DNA of 57,487 bases, taken from the NCBI GenBank assembly GCA_964504205.1, contig CAZDDE010000004.1, positions 1-57,487 of the forward strand, read 5' to 3'. Source of the DNA: an uncultured Candidatus Saccharibacteria bacterium. GTDB taxonomy: Bacteria > Patescibacteriota > Minisyncoccia > Spechtbacterales > HO2-43-30. Below are positions 46,962 to 55,937 of the stretch, piece by piece (positions within the stretch are counted from its first letter, which is position 1; each line of letters starts with the position of its first letter). The position numbers and the translations under genes are program-made. Under the pieces are notes generated by a model. The model had not been told where the DNA came from. It saw nothing but the letters and a program-made list of their open reading frames with translations, and ran no database searches.

Positions 46962-49235
46962 TTACAATACTTTTTCTTCTATTGCCTTAAACAAAGTGCC
47001 TAACCCGCCCCCGCCGTAATACTGCGTGTTTAAGCATAGCTCCACCAAGGCCTCTCCGCTATATTTTTGCGTCAAGCAAAATTCCACATCTGCCCGCGTA
47101 AGCGCGGAAGCAATCTCCCGGTAGAATACCGCATGGATGTCGTTCAGCGCGGAAAGCTTTTCCTTTAATTCGACAATCCAGCCCCTTAAATAAATTTTAG
47201 CATCAATGTTATGTGAAACAATCATCAGACGTTCCGGAGAATTAAGCGATTTTTCTAAATCTTCAATCCAGATTTTAAGAAATATCTTAAAATCTTCTAC
47301 GCTTTGCACAAAGCGCGAGTCTGTTTCGTAGCCGGCAGCCACCGCCGCTCTCGTTTCGAGCACATCTTCCCATTTGTAACCATGAGCATTAAAGGCATCT
47401 ATGTTTGGAATGTGCCGCTTTTTTTCGCCATCTATTGCATAAACCTCTGGCCGCCCTTCTTCCCTGATAAGAAGCGCCTCTGCTAAATTAGCGCTGTAAG
47501 CCGGGTCAATTTCTTTTATACCCCCCCAATCATACCCAGCAGAGTTGAATGCAAAAGGATTTGGTATCCAAATTTTTCTGCCATTTTTAACTGCATAAAC
47601 CTTATCATCGCCTCGCGCGCGAATCACATCTCCTTCAGTTACAGGGACGATTGGGGGAATTGCTGGAGGAATCGCGGGAGGGATAGTTGGCACGAAAATC
47701 TCTTCCATTTGAGGGGGTTTCACTTCAGGAGGAGTTTGTTCTTTTTGTTCTTCCGGAGGCTTTAGGATAAGCGGAAGAGCTAAAGTTGTCGTGCTGACCA
47801 CATTTGAAAATGCCGATTCGTTGCCAACTTCATCCTTACTACTAACTGCGAAATAATAGGTTGCTACATCGCCCAACCCAAGAACAATCATAGACTGTTT
47901 TGTGCCGGAAACTTGCGGTGCTGGTTCTCCCGTTGCCTGAATTATAAACGGCCAATTGCCAAGAGTAATTTCTTTCTGCGCATAGCGCATATCATATACC
48001 GCAGACCTGCCTATTTTTTCATCGTCCCCAGACGCGGTCCAGGACAGCTCTGCCGTGGAAGTACTCACTGCGATGATTTGAAGATCTAAAATTTTTTCTG
48101 GAGAGGTAATGTCGCCAAAACGTTCCAAGGCTTGCGATGATGGAGTAATAGTTGCAAGAATAGGTATATTAGATAAACTGGATTCATTACTGCTCTCGTC
48201 GATTGCTTTTAATCCGAAATAATAAGTAACCCCGGAGCTTAGTCCGGACACGATCATTGACTGGCTCGTACCGGCAACCGCCGGCGCAGGTTCGCCCGCA
48301 ACCTGCACGGCGGAAGACCAGTTAGAGTCAATTATAAGTGAAGTAGAATATCGGGTATCGTACGATTGCGCTGTGCCGCTATTTCCATCATCCCCGGGAG
48401 AAGTCCAGGAAAGAGTCATTGCTTTTTCAGTGGGGCTTGACAAAGATAAGTTTGACACTGACGCCGGCGCGGTGGTGTCCGCTGGATCTACTGTCGCCCG
48501 CGTTAAGATATTTGAAAGCGCTGACTCATTTGAAACCTCATCGCGCGTTTTAATTGCAAAGTAATAAGTGGTTCCAGCAGATAAACTAGACACGGTCATT
48601 GACTGGCTGGTGCCGGCAACGCTCGGGCTTGGTTCGCCTGTCGCTTGAGTTGCCGAATCCCAGTTTCCCGAAGTTATTGTCGCTGTGGAGTAGCGCACAT
48701 CGTAAGTTGTCGGCGTCCCGTAATTAACATAATTGCCCTGATCGTCTCCCGGCGAAGTCCAGGTTAAACTTATCGAAGTCTGCGTTGCTCCAGACGAAGC
48801 AAGATTACTCACCGCCGCCGGAGCACGGGTGTCACTCACGGCAATACTCGCTGGCCCAGCTTGCCCAGATCCTTGACTGGACTGATGATCGTGATAATAC
48901 CAGGTTCCCGCGATCATAAACGTAAAGGAATAAGTAGTCGGACCGCCATTGTAGAGAATTGGTCCGTCAAAACAATTCGTCGTATCATTCTGACATGAAG
49001 GATCTGGGTAATCATAGTGCACGAGGTGCGTGTCGCTTGCCGGTTCATAAAAACCAGATAGCCCAGATTGCACCGTCCAGCGCACCGTGTCGCCAGCATT
49101 GATAGTTACCGCAGACGGACTGAAAGAATTGCTTCCGGTAATGGTCACGTCAACTGTCGCGGCAAAAGAATCTTTGATGTTCCCAAAGAAAAAAATCGTT
49201 GCGCACACAAAAACAATTAACACAAATACACGCAT
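46962..49235 (-). CDS. secreted cupredoxin-like / 4x fibronectin-III repeat protein
   Basis: Signal peptide MRVFVLIVFVCATIFFFG. INAGDTVRW...GTWYYHDH. Four ~95-aa repeats (LTWTSPGDD...YDVRYS...TYYFAIK...SNES), a Pro-rich linker and a C-terminal domain. Start trimmed to ATG 49235. Confidence 0.85.
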   Translation of the reverse strand: MRVFVLIVFVCATIFFFGNIKDSFAATVDVTITGSNSFSPSAVTINAGDTVRWTVQSGLSGFYEPASDTHLVHYDYPDPSCQNDTTNCFDGPILYNGGPTTYSFTFMIAGTWYYHDHQSSQGSGQAGPASIAVSDTRAPAAVSNLASSGATQTSISLTWTSPGDDQGNYVNYGTPTTYDVRYSTATITSGNWDSATQATGEPSPSVAGTSQSMTVSSLSAGTTYYFAIKTRDEVSNESALSNILTRATVDPADTTAPASVSNLSLSSPTEKAMTLSWTSPGDDGNSGTAQSYDTRYSTSLIIDSNWSSAVQVAGEPAPAVAGTSQSMIVSGLSSGVTYYFGLKAIDESSNESSLSNIPILATITPSSQALERFGDITSPEKILDLQIIAVSTSTAELSWTASGDDEKIGRSAVYDMRYAQKEITLGNWPFIIQATGEPAPQVSGTKQSMIVLGLGDVATYYFAVSSKDEVGNESAFSNVVSTTTLALPLILKPPEEQKEQTPPEVKPPQMEEIFVPTIPPAIPPAIPPIVPVTEGDVIRARGDDKVYAVKNGRKIWIPNPFAFNSAGYDWGGIKEIDPAYSANLAEALLIREEGRPEVYAIDGEKKRHIPNIDAFNAHGYKWEDVLETRAAVAAGYETDSRFVQSVEDFKIFLKIWIEDLEKSLNSPERLMIVSHNIDAKIYLRGWIVELKEKLSALNDIHAVFYREIASALTRADVEFCLTQKYSGEALVELCLNTQYYGGGGLGTLFKAIEEKVL

Positions 49236-49258
49236 AGTTTTATTATACAACATAAGGA

Positions 49259-49287
49259 TTGCGTTCACGCTGTGGATTATGTATAAT
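49259..49287 (+). promoter_or_regulatory. promoter ttgcgt-17-tataat for the tRNA cluster
   Basis: -10 at 49282-49287, about 12 nt upstream of the first tRNA. Confidence 0.5.
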
Positions 49288-49299
49288 GTCAAATATATC

Positions 49300-49369
49300 C
49301 GCGGGTGGTTGGTCGGTATCATAGAAGGCTCATAACCTTCTAAAGGGGGTTCAACTCCTCCACCCGCAA
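49300..49369 (+). tRNA. initiator tRNA-fMet (CAT), compact D-arm
   Basis: cgcgggt.../...acccgca gives a C1xA72 mismatch. Anticodon loop ctcataa, T-loop ttcaact. Closely parallels E. coli tRNA-fMet. No encoded CCA. Confidence 0.8.
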
Positions 49370-49380
49370 CTGCGCAATGC

Positions 49381-49452
49381 GGCTGGGTAGCTCAGTGGTA
49401 GAGCAATGCTTTCATAAGGCAGGGGTCGTGAGTTCGATCCTCACCCCAGCCA
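49381..49452 (+). tRNA. tRNA with CAT anticodon (elongator Met, or Ile2 if lysidinylated)
   Basis: Canonical cloverleaf: ggctggg/cccagcc, D gctc-agtggta-gagc, loop ttcataa, T gtgag-ttcgatc-ctcac. Confidence 0.88.
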
Positions 49453-49464
49453 CTCAAATTAACT

Positions 49465-49543
49465 GCGGGCGTAGCTTAGCCTGGTTTAAAGCGCCTCCCT
49501 GTCACGGAGGAGATCGTGGGTTCAAATCCCATCGCCCGCGCCA
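49465..49543 (+). tRNA. tRNA-Asp (GTC) with encoded CCA
   Basis: gcgggcg/cgcccgc acceptor, anticodon stem cctcc/ggagg with loop ctgtcac, T-loop ttcaaat, 3' gcca. Confidence 0.9.
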
Positions 49544-49551
49544 AATAAATT

Positions 49552-49578
49552 ACCCCGCTAGTTACGAACTAGCGGGGT
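49552..49578. terminator. 12-bp hairpin shared by the tRNA cluster and the convergent vWA gene
   Basis: accccgctagtt acg aactagcggggt. T-rich downstream on the plus strand. Confidence 0.6.
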
Positions 49579-50558
49579 TAAGTTTTGCTTAATCGCGCAT
49601 ACAATATCAAAGGAACCAGCGCGGCAATCAGCAAGATTGCCGCAAGCGGACTATTGGGGTTATCCGCTTTCATTTTTTCCTTCTTTAGATTCGCCGCGAG
49701 AAACCCGCGTGCCTTATCTAGTTCATCTTCGCGAACATAAATTCCGCCAGTTTCTTCTGCGATCAAGCGCATCGTATCTTCGTCAAGTTTTGTCAAAAAT
49801 CTATTGCCCGAAGAATCCTTTTCGTAATCAACAAGTCTTCCGTATTCGTCGTAAATAGGAATCGGAACTGACTCCGTTTCCCCCACGCCGACAGCAATAA
49901 CTTTGATGTTATTGGCTCGGGCAAATCTTAACGCGTCAGCAAGAGTTGCGCTCTTGCCAATATTTTCGCCATCGGATGCAAATACCACAAGGCACGATCG
50001 CTTCCCGAGTCGTTGGCATTCTTGAGCAAGCTCTTCGGCAATGTTGAATAAAGAATAGCCGAGATCCGAACCGGAGCCAGGTACGGCTTCAATCGCCGCA
50101 AGATAATTGATCGTATCGCGGAAATGTTTATAGTTTTTGGAAAATGAAGATTGTGAAGAAGCTCTGTCGGTGAAGCCATAAGCCGCAACCAATAAATCGG
50201 GTAAGCTCGTGCATAGATTGATCGCAATAGCCCGTTCGCGTTCAATGCGCCCGACCCCCTTGTTGTTTTCCGCGGCTGCGCTTCTTGATTCGTCAATCGC
50301 GCAAGCAACAAGGCCAGTCTGTCTCTCCTCAAACGAATCGGCCGCTACGCTAACCAGCACATAAGCGGCCAAGGCCATAAAAGCAAGTAGTACCACAATT
50401 CTAGCAAGCTGATTCGCGCCTACTTCTCTCGCCCCGAGGGAAGGCAAAACTATTTTTGTACGTTTTTTGTAACCGTACAAGCACAAACAAACAATGGCCA
50501 GACTAACACCCGCAATGATGAACAAGATCAATCCGCTGTTCTCAAAGTGACTAGTCAT
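49578..50558 (-). CDS. vWA-domain membrane protein (BatB-like)
   Basis: N-terminal TMs, MIDAS DESRS, a vWA core and a C-terminal TM anchor. Confidence 0.8.
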   Translation of the reverse strand: MTSHFENSGLILFIIAGVSLAIVCLCLYGYKKRTKIVLPSLGAREVGANQLARIVVLLAFMALAAYVLVSVAADSFEERQTGLVACAIDESRSAAAENNKGVGRIERERAIAINLCTSLPDLLVAAYGFTDRASSQSSFSKNYKHFRDTINYLAAIEAVPGSGSDLGYSLFNIAEELAQECQRLGKRSCLVVFASDGENIGKSATLADALRFARANNIKVIAVGVGETESVPIPIYDEYGRLVDYEKDSSGNRFLTKLDEDTMRLIAEETGGIYVREDELDKARGFLAANLKKEKMKADNPNSPLAAILLIAALVPLILYARLSKT

Positions 50559-50578
50559 TTATCCTCGTTCTCCATCTT

Positions 50579-51328
50579 CTACGGCCGATTCTCATTTTCT
50601 TTATATCCCCCGCCCAGTAGCGAAAGAGGATCGTCCAGGGGATCAGGATCATTGCTTATTTTGCCGCGCACGCTTCCTTTGAACGGATCTTGTCTAGAAA
50701 ATTCTTTCTCCCCCAAATCATTCTGTCCTTGCGGCAATTCTCCGGACAGTGGATCTTGAGGCGAACTGTTCTTATTGTCAGACCCACTGCCCGCTTTCTC
50801 TCCCTCTTTTTTAGCTGATTCAATCTCCGGAGACTTAAGTTTTTCTTTGGTCAATTCGCGAAGAAGTCCGGCCGCATAGTCAAGGTTTTCCTGGATTGAT
50901 CCCGCATAACACCCCTCGCTGCCTGGCGGACAGACCTTTGCCGCTCCCCTAAGATAAGTAATCGCGCTATTAATCCTGGAACTATCTGGCTTTAAAAAAC
51001 TGAATTGAACTTTCCCCCTCTCATATTCGTCTTGTTCGCGCTCATACTCATCAAGCGAAAGAATCGCGGCCGCAAGGAGTGCCGGGGCTTTTATTGAAGC
51101 ATCTTTACTCTTTGCGGCAATCGCCAGATATTCACCAACCATCACGCCGACAAAATCTTTTCTTTCATCTGTTTCTGTCGGCAGATTCCTTCCTTTTTCG
51201 GCAAGCATGTTAATCTCGCGAGACAAGTCGTCGCCGCCCCTTTGGAAGAAAGCGCTCATTCCTATTCCTAAAAAAATCAGCGTTGCCGCAATTAAAAGTA
51301 CCTTTGAAACTACCTTTAATTTATTCAA
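50579..51328 (-). CDS. membrane-anchored hypothetical protein in the MoxR-vWA operon
   Basis: N-terminal TM, a helical middle and an acidic/Gly-rich disordered tail. It occupies the BatC position. Confidence 0.65.
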   Translation of the reverse strand: MNKLKVVSKVLLIAATLIFLGIGMSAFFQRGGDDLSREINMLAEKGRNLPTETDERKDFVGVMVGEYLAIAAKSKDASIKAPALLAAAILSLDEYEREQDEYERGKVQFSFLKPDSSRINSAITYLRGAAKVCPPGSEGCYAGSIQENLDYAAGLLRELTKEKLKSPEIESAKKEGEKAGSGSDNKNSSPQDPLSGELPQGQNDLGEKEFSRQDPFKGSVRGKISNDPDPLDDPLSLLGGGYKENENRP

Positions 51329-51339
51329 CTTACACCTCC

Positions 51340-52392
51340 TTAGGGTACTTTTCTAAAAATAAGTTCCTGCAAAATAACAAATAAGAACATCCCAGCCAAA
51401 GCGGCGTATATGAATAGATGTTGAAGAGGATCGGAGTCATGATACTCCAGCTTTATCTCCGCAAATGGCTTCTCCGCAGCGCTAATGGCGGCGAACACCG
51501 CGTGCAGACTCGCCGCGCTTTCCGCCTTGAGGATACGCACCTGCTCCGGATATTTAAGCGCTTGTTCAAACGGAGCGGCACTCGCGCCGGTCAGCGTTCC
51601 TTTGGGAAGCGTAATCATGTACACCTTGCGGTTTAATCCGGAATCGATAAGCGAGTCTATGGCTTTAGCAGTTTTGTAGATATCCGGGTCTTCGAAATCA
51701 GTAAGAATGATGAGCACGCTTTGACTGTGTTCTTCCGAAAAGATAAGCCGATATCTTGCCGCCGCCTCGATGGCAAAACCAGTATGCGTACCTTCCAGAT
51801 AAAATCTCCGCGAGGCATCTCTGCGCTTAATTATCTCGCGAGGAAGATTTTCCAGAAACTGCGCGATTTGGGTATCGGCTTCTTTTCCTCCCGCGAAATA
51901 ACGGGCGGCGTAAGGAGTATCGCTGTAAAGAATCAGGAAAAACTCCGCCCGGTGCTTTTCACTGTTCACAAAATCGAGAAGCGCTGTCCGGAAAGCGTTG
52001 AGTACCGTCTCGTCAAAACTAAGCGGCACGTCACGACTGAATGCGCTGGCCGAGTCCGTACTGCCTGACGTGTCCAGTATCACCACGTACGGAGTCCGCT
52101 TTTGCGAAACTATCTCTGTGTTTTGATGAATAGGATTGCCCGCCGCTAGCACAACTGCCGCAAGAATAAAGTAAGGCATAATCATAAAAATCCTGAACAA
52201 CCACCAGCGAAAATTGGACAACCTGTGTTCGTCTCTTGCTGTCCCCCAAAACGAGATAAGATCGTGAGGAATAGCCCTTGGCTTCAAAAAAAACCAGGAT
52301 ATTGCGACAACTGCCGCCGCAACTGCCGTCGCCAGCCCTAGAAAAAAAAGGGAGGCGAAATGGATTTGGGAAAGATAGTTAACTATATCCAT
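51340..52392 (-). CDS. vWA-domain membrane protein (BatA-like)
   Basis: Two N-terminal TMs, MIDAS VVILDTSGS and a C-terminal TM. Confidence 0.8.
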   Translation of the reverse strand: MDIVNYLSQIHFASLFFLGLATAVAAAVVAISWFFLKPRAIPHDLISFWGTARDEHRLSNFRWWLFRIFMIMPYFILAAVVLAAGNPIHQNTEIVSQKRTPYVVILDTSGSTDSASAFSRDVPLSFDETVLNAFRTALLDFVNSEKHRAEFFLILYSDTPYAARYFAGGKEADTQIAQFLENLPREIIKRRDASRRFYLEGTHTGFAIEAAARYRLIFSEEHSQSVLIILTDFEDPDIYKTAKAIDSLIDSGLNRKVYMITLPKGTLTGASAAPFEQALKYPEQVRILKAESAASLHAVFAAISAAEKPFAEIKLEYHDSDPLQHLFIYAALAGMFLFVILQELIFRKVP

Positions 52393-52394
52393 TG

Positions 52395-53324
52395 TTACAC
52401 CTCCCTCGCTGTCACATACGACTTGACGCGCAAAATGATTTCTTTTAGAGCACCTTTGGCAATCTCTTCGCCTCCATAGACCACACTTAACTCTTTTAGT
52501 ATTTCTGTAAGCTCGACGTCTTGACCATACTCTATAGAAAAGGCCAGGAGCGTCCGATAGAGAGAACGGGCTGTTGCACTGGCATCCGCGCTTTCAATCT
52601 GCCGCTCAAGCTGAACTATTGTTCTTGTGAATTTTCTGTCAGCAGATTCTACCGCGTCCGCTTTCACTCCACGCCTTTTTAGTCTTCTGCAGGCAAATTC
52701 CCCAGCAAGAATGATCAAACAAATTCCGGCAAGAACAAAGAAAAGGTAGTAGTTAAAACTCTTCTTTTCCGCCAAACGCGGCAAGGTTCTTTCCGGATGC
52801 TCGTTATTGGGAAGCGGTGCAAAAACTAGATCCTTGGAAGGAATGCTCACAAAATCCACCCTGCCAGTTGCAATGTTCTTTTTCTTAATCCCCGGCGACT
52901 GCGTCGAGTTAAAGCTTATGGAGTTCTTCTCATCTCGGCACAAGAAACATTGTATTGTCCAGCGCGCTTCAAGAAAAGCTATCTTGGCTATGCTAAAATA
53001 CTTGACGCTTCTAGAGTTAACTTCTATCTTCTCCTCAAACGGCGTGTCGTTTTTCAACGTATCGTCGGATACTTCCCAGATTTTATCATCAAAAGCAATG
53101 GTAATCCGCACCTCGATCAAGTCGCCGACGTGATGAATTCCTGCAGGATTAATCGTCACAAAAGACTTAATCCTTTCCTCTGTTTGCTCTGTTGCTACGG
53201 CAAAGGCGATGTATTCAGCTTCGCGACTGTCGCCCCCCCTGCTTGCCTCAAAGGTTGCGAGCAACGCCGCGAATGTAAGTACAATTATGACACCAGCGCC
53301 CAGAAGCGCTGCTTTGCTAAGCAT
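52395..53324 (-). CDS. membrane protein (BatD/DUF4381-like architecture)
   Basis: Signal anchor, a beta-rich ectodomain, a TM (YYLFFVLAGICLIILAG) and then a helical cytoplasmic tail. Confidence 0.65.
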   Translation of the reverse strand: MLSKAALLGAGVIIVLTFAALLATFEASRGGDSREAEYIAFAVATEQTEERIKSFVTINPAGIHHVGDLIEVRITIAFDDKIWEVSDDTLKNDTPFEEKIEVNSRSVKYFSIAKIAFLEARWTIQCFLCRDEKNSISFNSTQSPGIKKKNIATGRVDFVSIPSKDLVFAPLPNNEHPERTLPRLAEKKSFNYYLFFVLAGICLIILAGEFACRRLKRRGVKADAVESADRKFTRTIVQLERQIESADASATARSLYRTLLAFSIEYGQDVELTEILKELSVVYGGEEIAKGALKEIILRVKSYVTAREV

Positions 53325-53355
53325 TCTCGCAACCTCCTTTCCTATATAAATAATA

Positions 53356-54270
53356 CTAAATTAGCGCAAATTTTTGAGCAAAAAAATGTTTAAGCGCTTG
53401 ATGGCATGTATCGAAATCCGCAGAATCCAACTCGACATGGGCCAATTGCAATCCCCTCAATATCGCGCGAACTTTCTCGTAATAGCGCTCCTCGGCGAGC
53501 ATTATTTCAGCAAACTCTTTGGCTCCGACGTAGCAACGAGTCTTCCTGCCTGTTTCCGGATCGGAGCATAAAAACTGCGCTCCGTGCGGAAAACCAGCTT
53601 GCTTGAGAGGATCTCTAATTACGATCGGGACCAAATCAAGCCGTGACGGACCAAGCTGTCTGATCCACGAATGTTCAATATCTGCGTCCTTAAAGTCAGA
53701 AACCAGACAAATCATCGCCTCCTGAAATTCATGAATATAACGTTCAATGCACGCAAGTGAAGTCCCTACGCCTTCAATCCTTGGTTCTTCTGATAAAAAT
53801 TTTTGCAAGGCGTAGAACGCGTATTCTCCCGATTGCGGCCGAAACACATTCTCCACTCTATCAGAAAAAAGCACGAGTCCCACCGGACTCATCATCTGAT
53901 ACGCCGAGTTAACGAGCAATGACATTGCAATGTCCCGAATAAGCCCTTTGGAATATTCAGGGTGCCTCGGATAGTATGTCAGCGAAGAAGAAATGTCCGC
54001 GAAAATCATCAGCACCATGCCTTCCATGGCCTGGCGCACCACAACATCTTTCTCGCCGGAAGCGATGCTGTCTATGTCCAGATCTTCAGGATCGTCTTGT
54101 GGGTCAAATGCACGGATGCGCGCAACATCAAAGCCGTCTCCTTCTCTCTGGCTTTCCCAGAATTCCGAAAAAACACTGTGCCTTTTATCCAAAGCAACAA
54201 GATTGATTAGTTCCCGGCGTCGCGCCTTTAAACTGACTTTTTCTCTCGATTCATGCCAAAAGTGTTTCAC
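53356..54270 (-). CDS. DUF58-family (vWA-like) protein
   Basis: REGDGFDVARIRAFDPQDDPEDLD matches the DUF58 core (G-x-EF...R-x-Y-x-GD). Start is uncertain. GTG 54270 was chosen to limit overlap with moxR; ATG 54369 is the alternative. Confidence 0.7.
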   Translation of the reverse strand: MKHFWHESREKVSLKARRRELINLVALDKRHSVFSEFWESQREGDGFDVARIRAFDPQDDPEDLDIDSIASGEKDVVVRQAMEGMVLMIFADISSSLTYYPRHPEYSKGLIRDIAMSLLVNSAYQMMSPVGLVLFSDRVENVFRPQSGEYAFYALQKFLSEEPRIEGVGTSLACIERYIHEFQEAMICLVSDFKDADIEHSWIRQLGPSRLDLVPIVIRDPLKQAGFPHGAQFLCSDPETGRKTRCYVGAKEFAEIMLAEERYYEKVRAILRGLQLAHVELDSADFDTCHQALKHFFAQKFALI

Positions 54271-55264
54271 TAATTTTTGCCTCAATCCGGGATTTTTTTT
54301 CAGAGCTTGGCACTTCAAAACCAAAACTAATGCGATGACGGAGTATTGGATAGGCGAGCTTGGTGACATCTTCAAGGATAACGTAAGACCTGCCAAAAAG
54401 AAAGGCGCGGGCTTTAGCAGTGCGCACAAACCATAACGCAGAGCGTTCTCCCTCGGCTCCATATCTTGAAGAATCTTGATCGTCTTTAAATAAATCCGCA
54501 AATAATCTTGTCAGCTGTTCAATAAAAACGGCGACAGTAGTTTTGTCCACGCTAACTTCACTGTGAATAAGGTCGCGCGCCTTCAAAATGTCTTCGCACG
54601 ATAGCACTGCCCTAATTTTCTCTTTCGAACGCTCTTCTTGGCCGAGCATAATTGAAACACGCTGCTCTCTCGTGTATTCGGGCGCATCAATCCTGAAAAC
54701 AAATCGGTCGCTGAAAGCAGTGCCGAGTCTGCCGACAACCCCCGTGACATCGCGAGGATTAGCTGTCGCTAAAACCATGTAGGGCCGCGGCGTTTGATAG
54801 ATCTTGCTCGGCGTGACCAATACACCTTCGGCCATTGCTTCAAGTAGGGCAGCATGCACGGCATCGCCTGCGCGAGTTATCTCGTCGGCCAACACAAAGT
54901 TAGCGCTAAGCGGACCGGGGGAGTACTTGATCAGCCCGTCTTCATCTTGCTCTACTGTTCTTTTCAAAGATAACTGTTTTAAATCGCGTGTAAATTGAAC
55001 GCGATTGTAAGTTGAGTTCTCCACGGTCTTCGCGATAGTAGAGAAAATAAACGTTTTGCCCGTACCCACTCCGCCTTCGGTCAAGATGTGAGCATGATAC
55101 TCGGGAGCTCCTTCATCACGGTGGCCGCTACCGGCAAGCAAAGTCAGTAAAACCATCCAAATAAACTCTTCGGCTCCAACAACATGCTTCGCCATCTCGC
55201 TTGGAATTTCTCGCCCAAACAGCTCGCGGAACTTTGCCAGTTCACAGCTCAATCCTTTGGCCAT
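54251..55264 (-). CDS. MoxR-family AAA+ ATPase (divergent)
   Basis: Walker A GGVGTGKT, LADEITRAGDAVHAALLEAMAEG, VLATANPRD...AFSDRF. Confidence 0.85.
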   Translation of the reverse strand: MAKGLSCELAKFRELFGREIPSEMAKHVVGAEEFIWMVLLTLLAGSGHRDEGAPEYHAHILTEGGVGTGKTFIFSTIAKTVENSTYNRVQFTRDLKQLSLKRTVEQDEDGLIKYSPGPLSANFVLADEITRAGDAVHAALLEAMAEGVLVTPSKIYQTPRPYMVLATANPRDVTGVVGRLGTAFSDRFVFRIDAPEYTREQRVSIMLGQEERSKEKIRAVLSCEDILKARDLIHSEVSVDKTTVAVFIEQLTRLFADLFKDDQDSSRYGAEGERSALWFVRTAKARAFLFGRSYVILEDVTKLAYPILRHRISFGFEVPSSEKKSRIEAKISETLLA

Positions 55265-55361
55265 TCTCTTTTCTCCTCTCTTCAGTTATTTAGTTGGCAA
55301 AGTGCTTAACTCTTGTTTTTAACACGAGTTGCCTAATGGGTAAAGGGGTAAAAGTTTTATA

Positions 55362-55937
55362 CTATGCTTTAACATAAACAAACAAAATTTCGTGATCCGG
55401 CATCTTGGGAAAAACTTTTGAAGAAACAGAGATTTTTTGCAACGGCTCTAGATTGGGGAAGCGCGACGTATTGGTGATAACAAGTGCGCCTGGCTTTAGT
55501 TCTTTTTGCAATTTTTCTTCAAGCGGCGACATGCGGTCATACCACAAATAAGTATAAACGACATCTGCGTTGCTTAAATCAGTTTGAAAAATATCCTGCT
55601 TTTTAAAATTAGCTTTCCGCCTTAAAATTCTTGCTTTGAGCTTCGCAAAGAAAATCCGTACCGGACTTTTGTCTATGCCCCATATTGCGACATCCGGCAA
55701 ATCTTTTTTTAGCCGCAGGCATAAATCGCCGTGCGCGCAGCCCAAATCATAAAAGTTTTTTGCATCGGGCTTGTACTGCTTAACTGCCACAACCAGCGCT
55801 TTTGCCGCGCGCCGGCTTGTCGGCAAATCATGGCCGTAGATTAAAGAATCCAAAACAAAAATTACAAACGTTGCTGCGCTAAGCGCCGATAAAACTAGCA
55901 TTAAAAATACAAAACCGTATTCTAAAAGAATCATCAT
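55362..55937 (-). CDS. membrane-anchored class I SAM-dependent methyltransferase
   Basis: N-terminal TM. Motif I YDLGCAHGD. Acidic residue after beta-2 (WGIDKS). Confidence 0.75.
   Translation of the reverse strand: MMILLEYGFVFLMLVLSALSAATFVIFVLDSLIYGHDLPTSRRAAKALVVAVKQYKPDAKNFYDLGCAHGDLCLRLKKDLPDVAIWGIDKSPVRIFFAKLKARILRRKANFKKQDIFQTDLSNADVVYTYLWYDRMSPLEEKLQKELKPGALVITNTSRFPNLEPLQKISVSSKVFPKMPDHEILFVYVKA

Noticed and set aside
53356-54501. The full-length 381-aa DUF58 ORF. Similar N-terminally extended ORFs are at 43586-44851, 46962-49322, 42190-43224 and 34971-35549.
   Set aside because: The extensions overlap upstream genes or tRNAs by up to 250 nt, or run through repeat arrays. Internal starts with SDs or signal peptides fit better.
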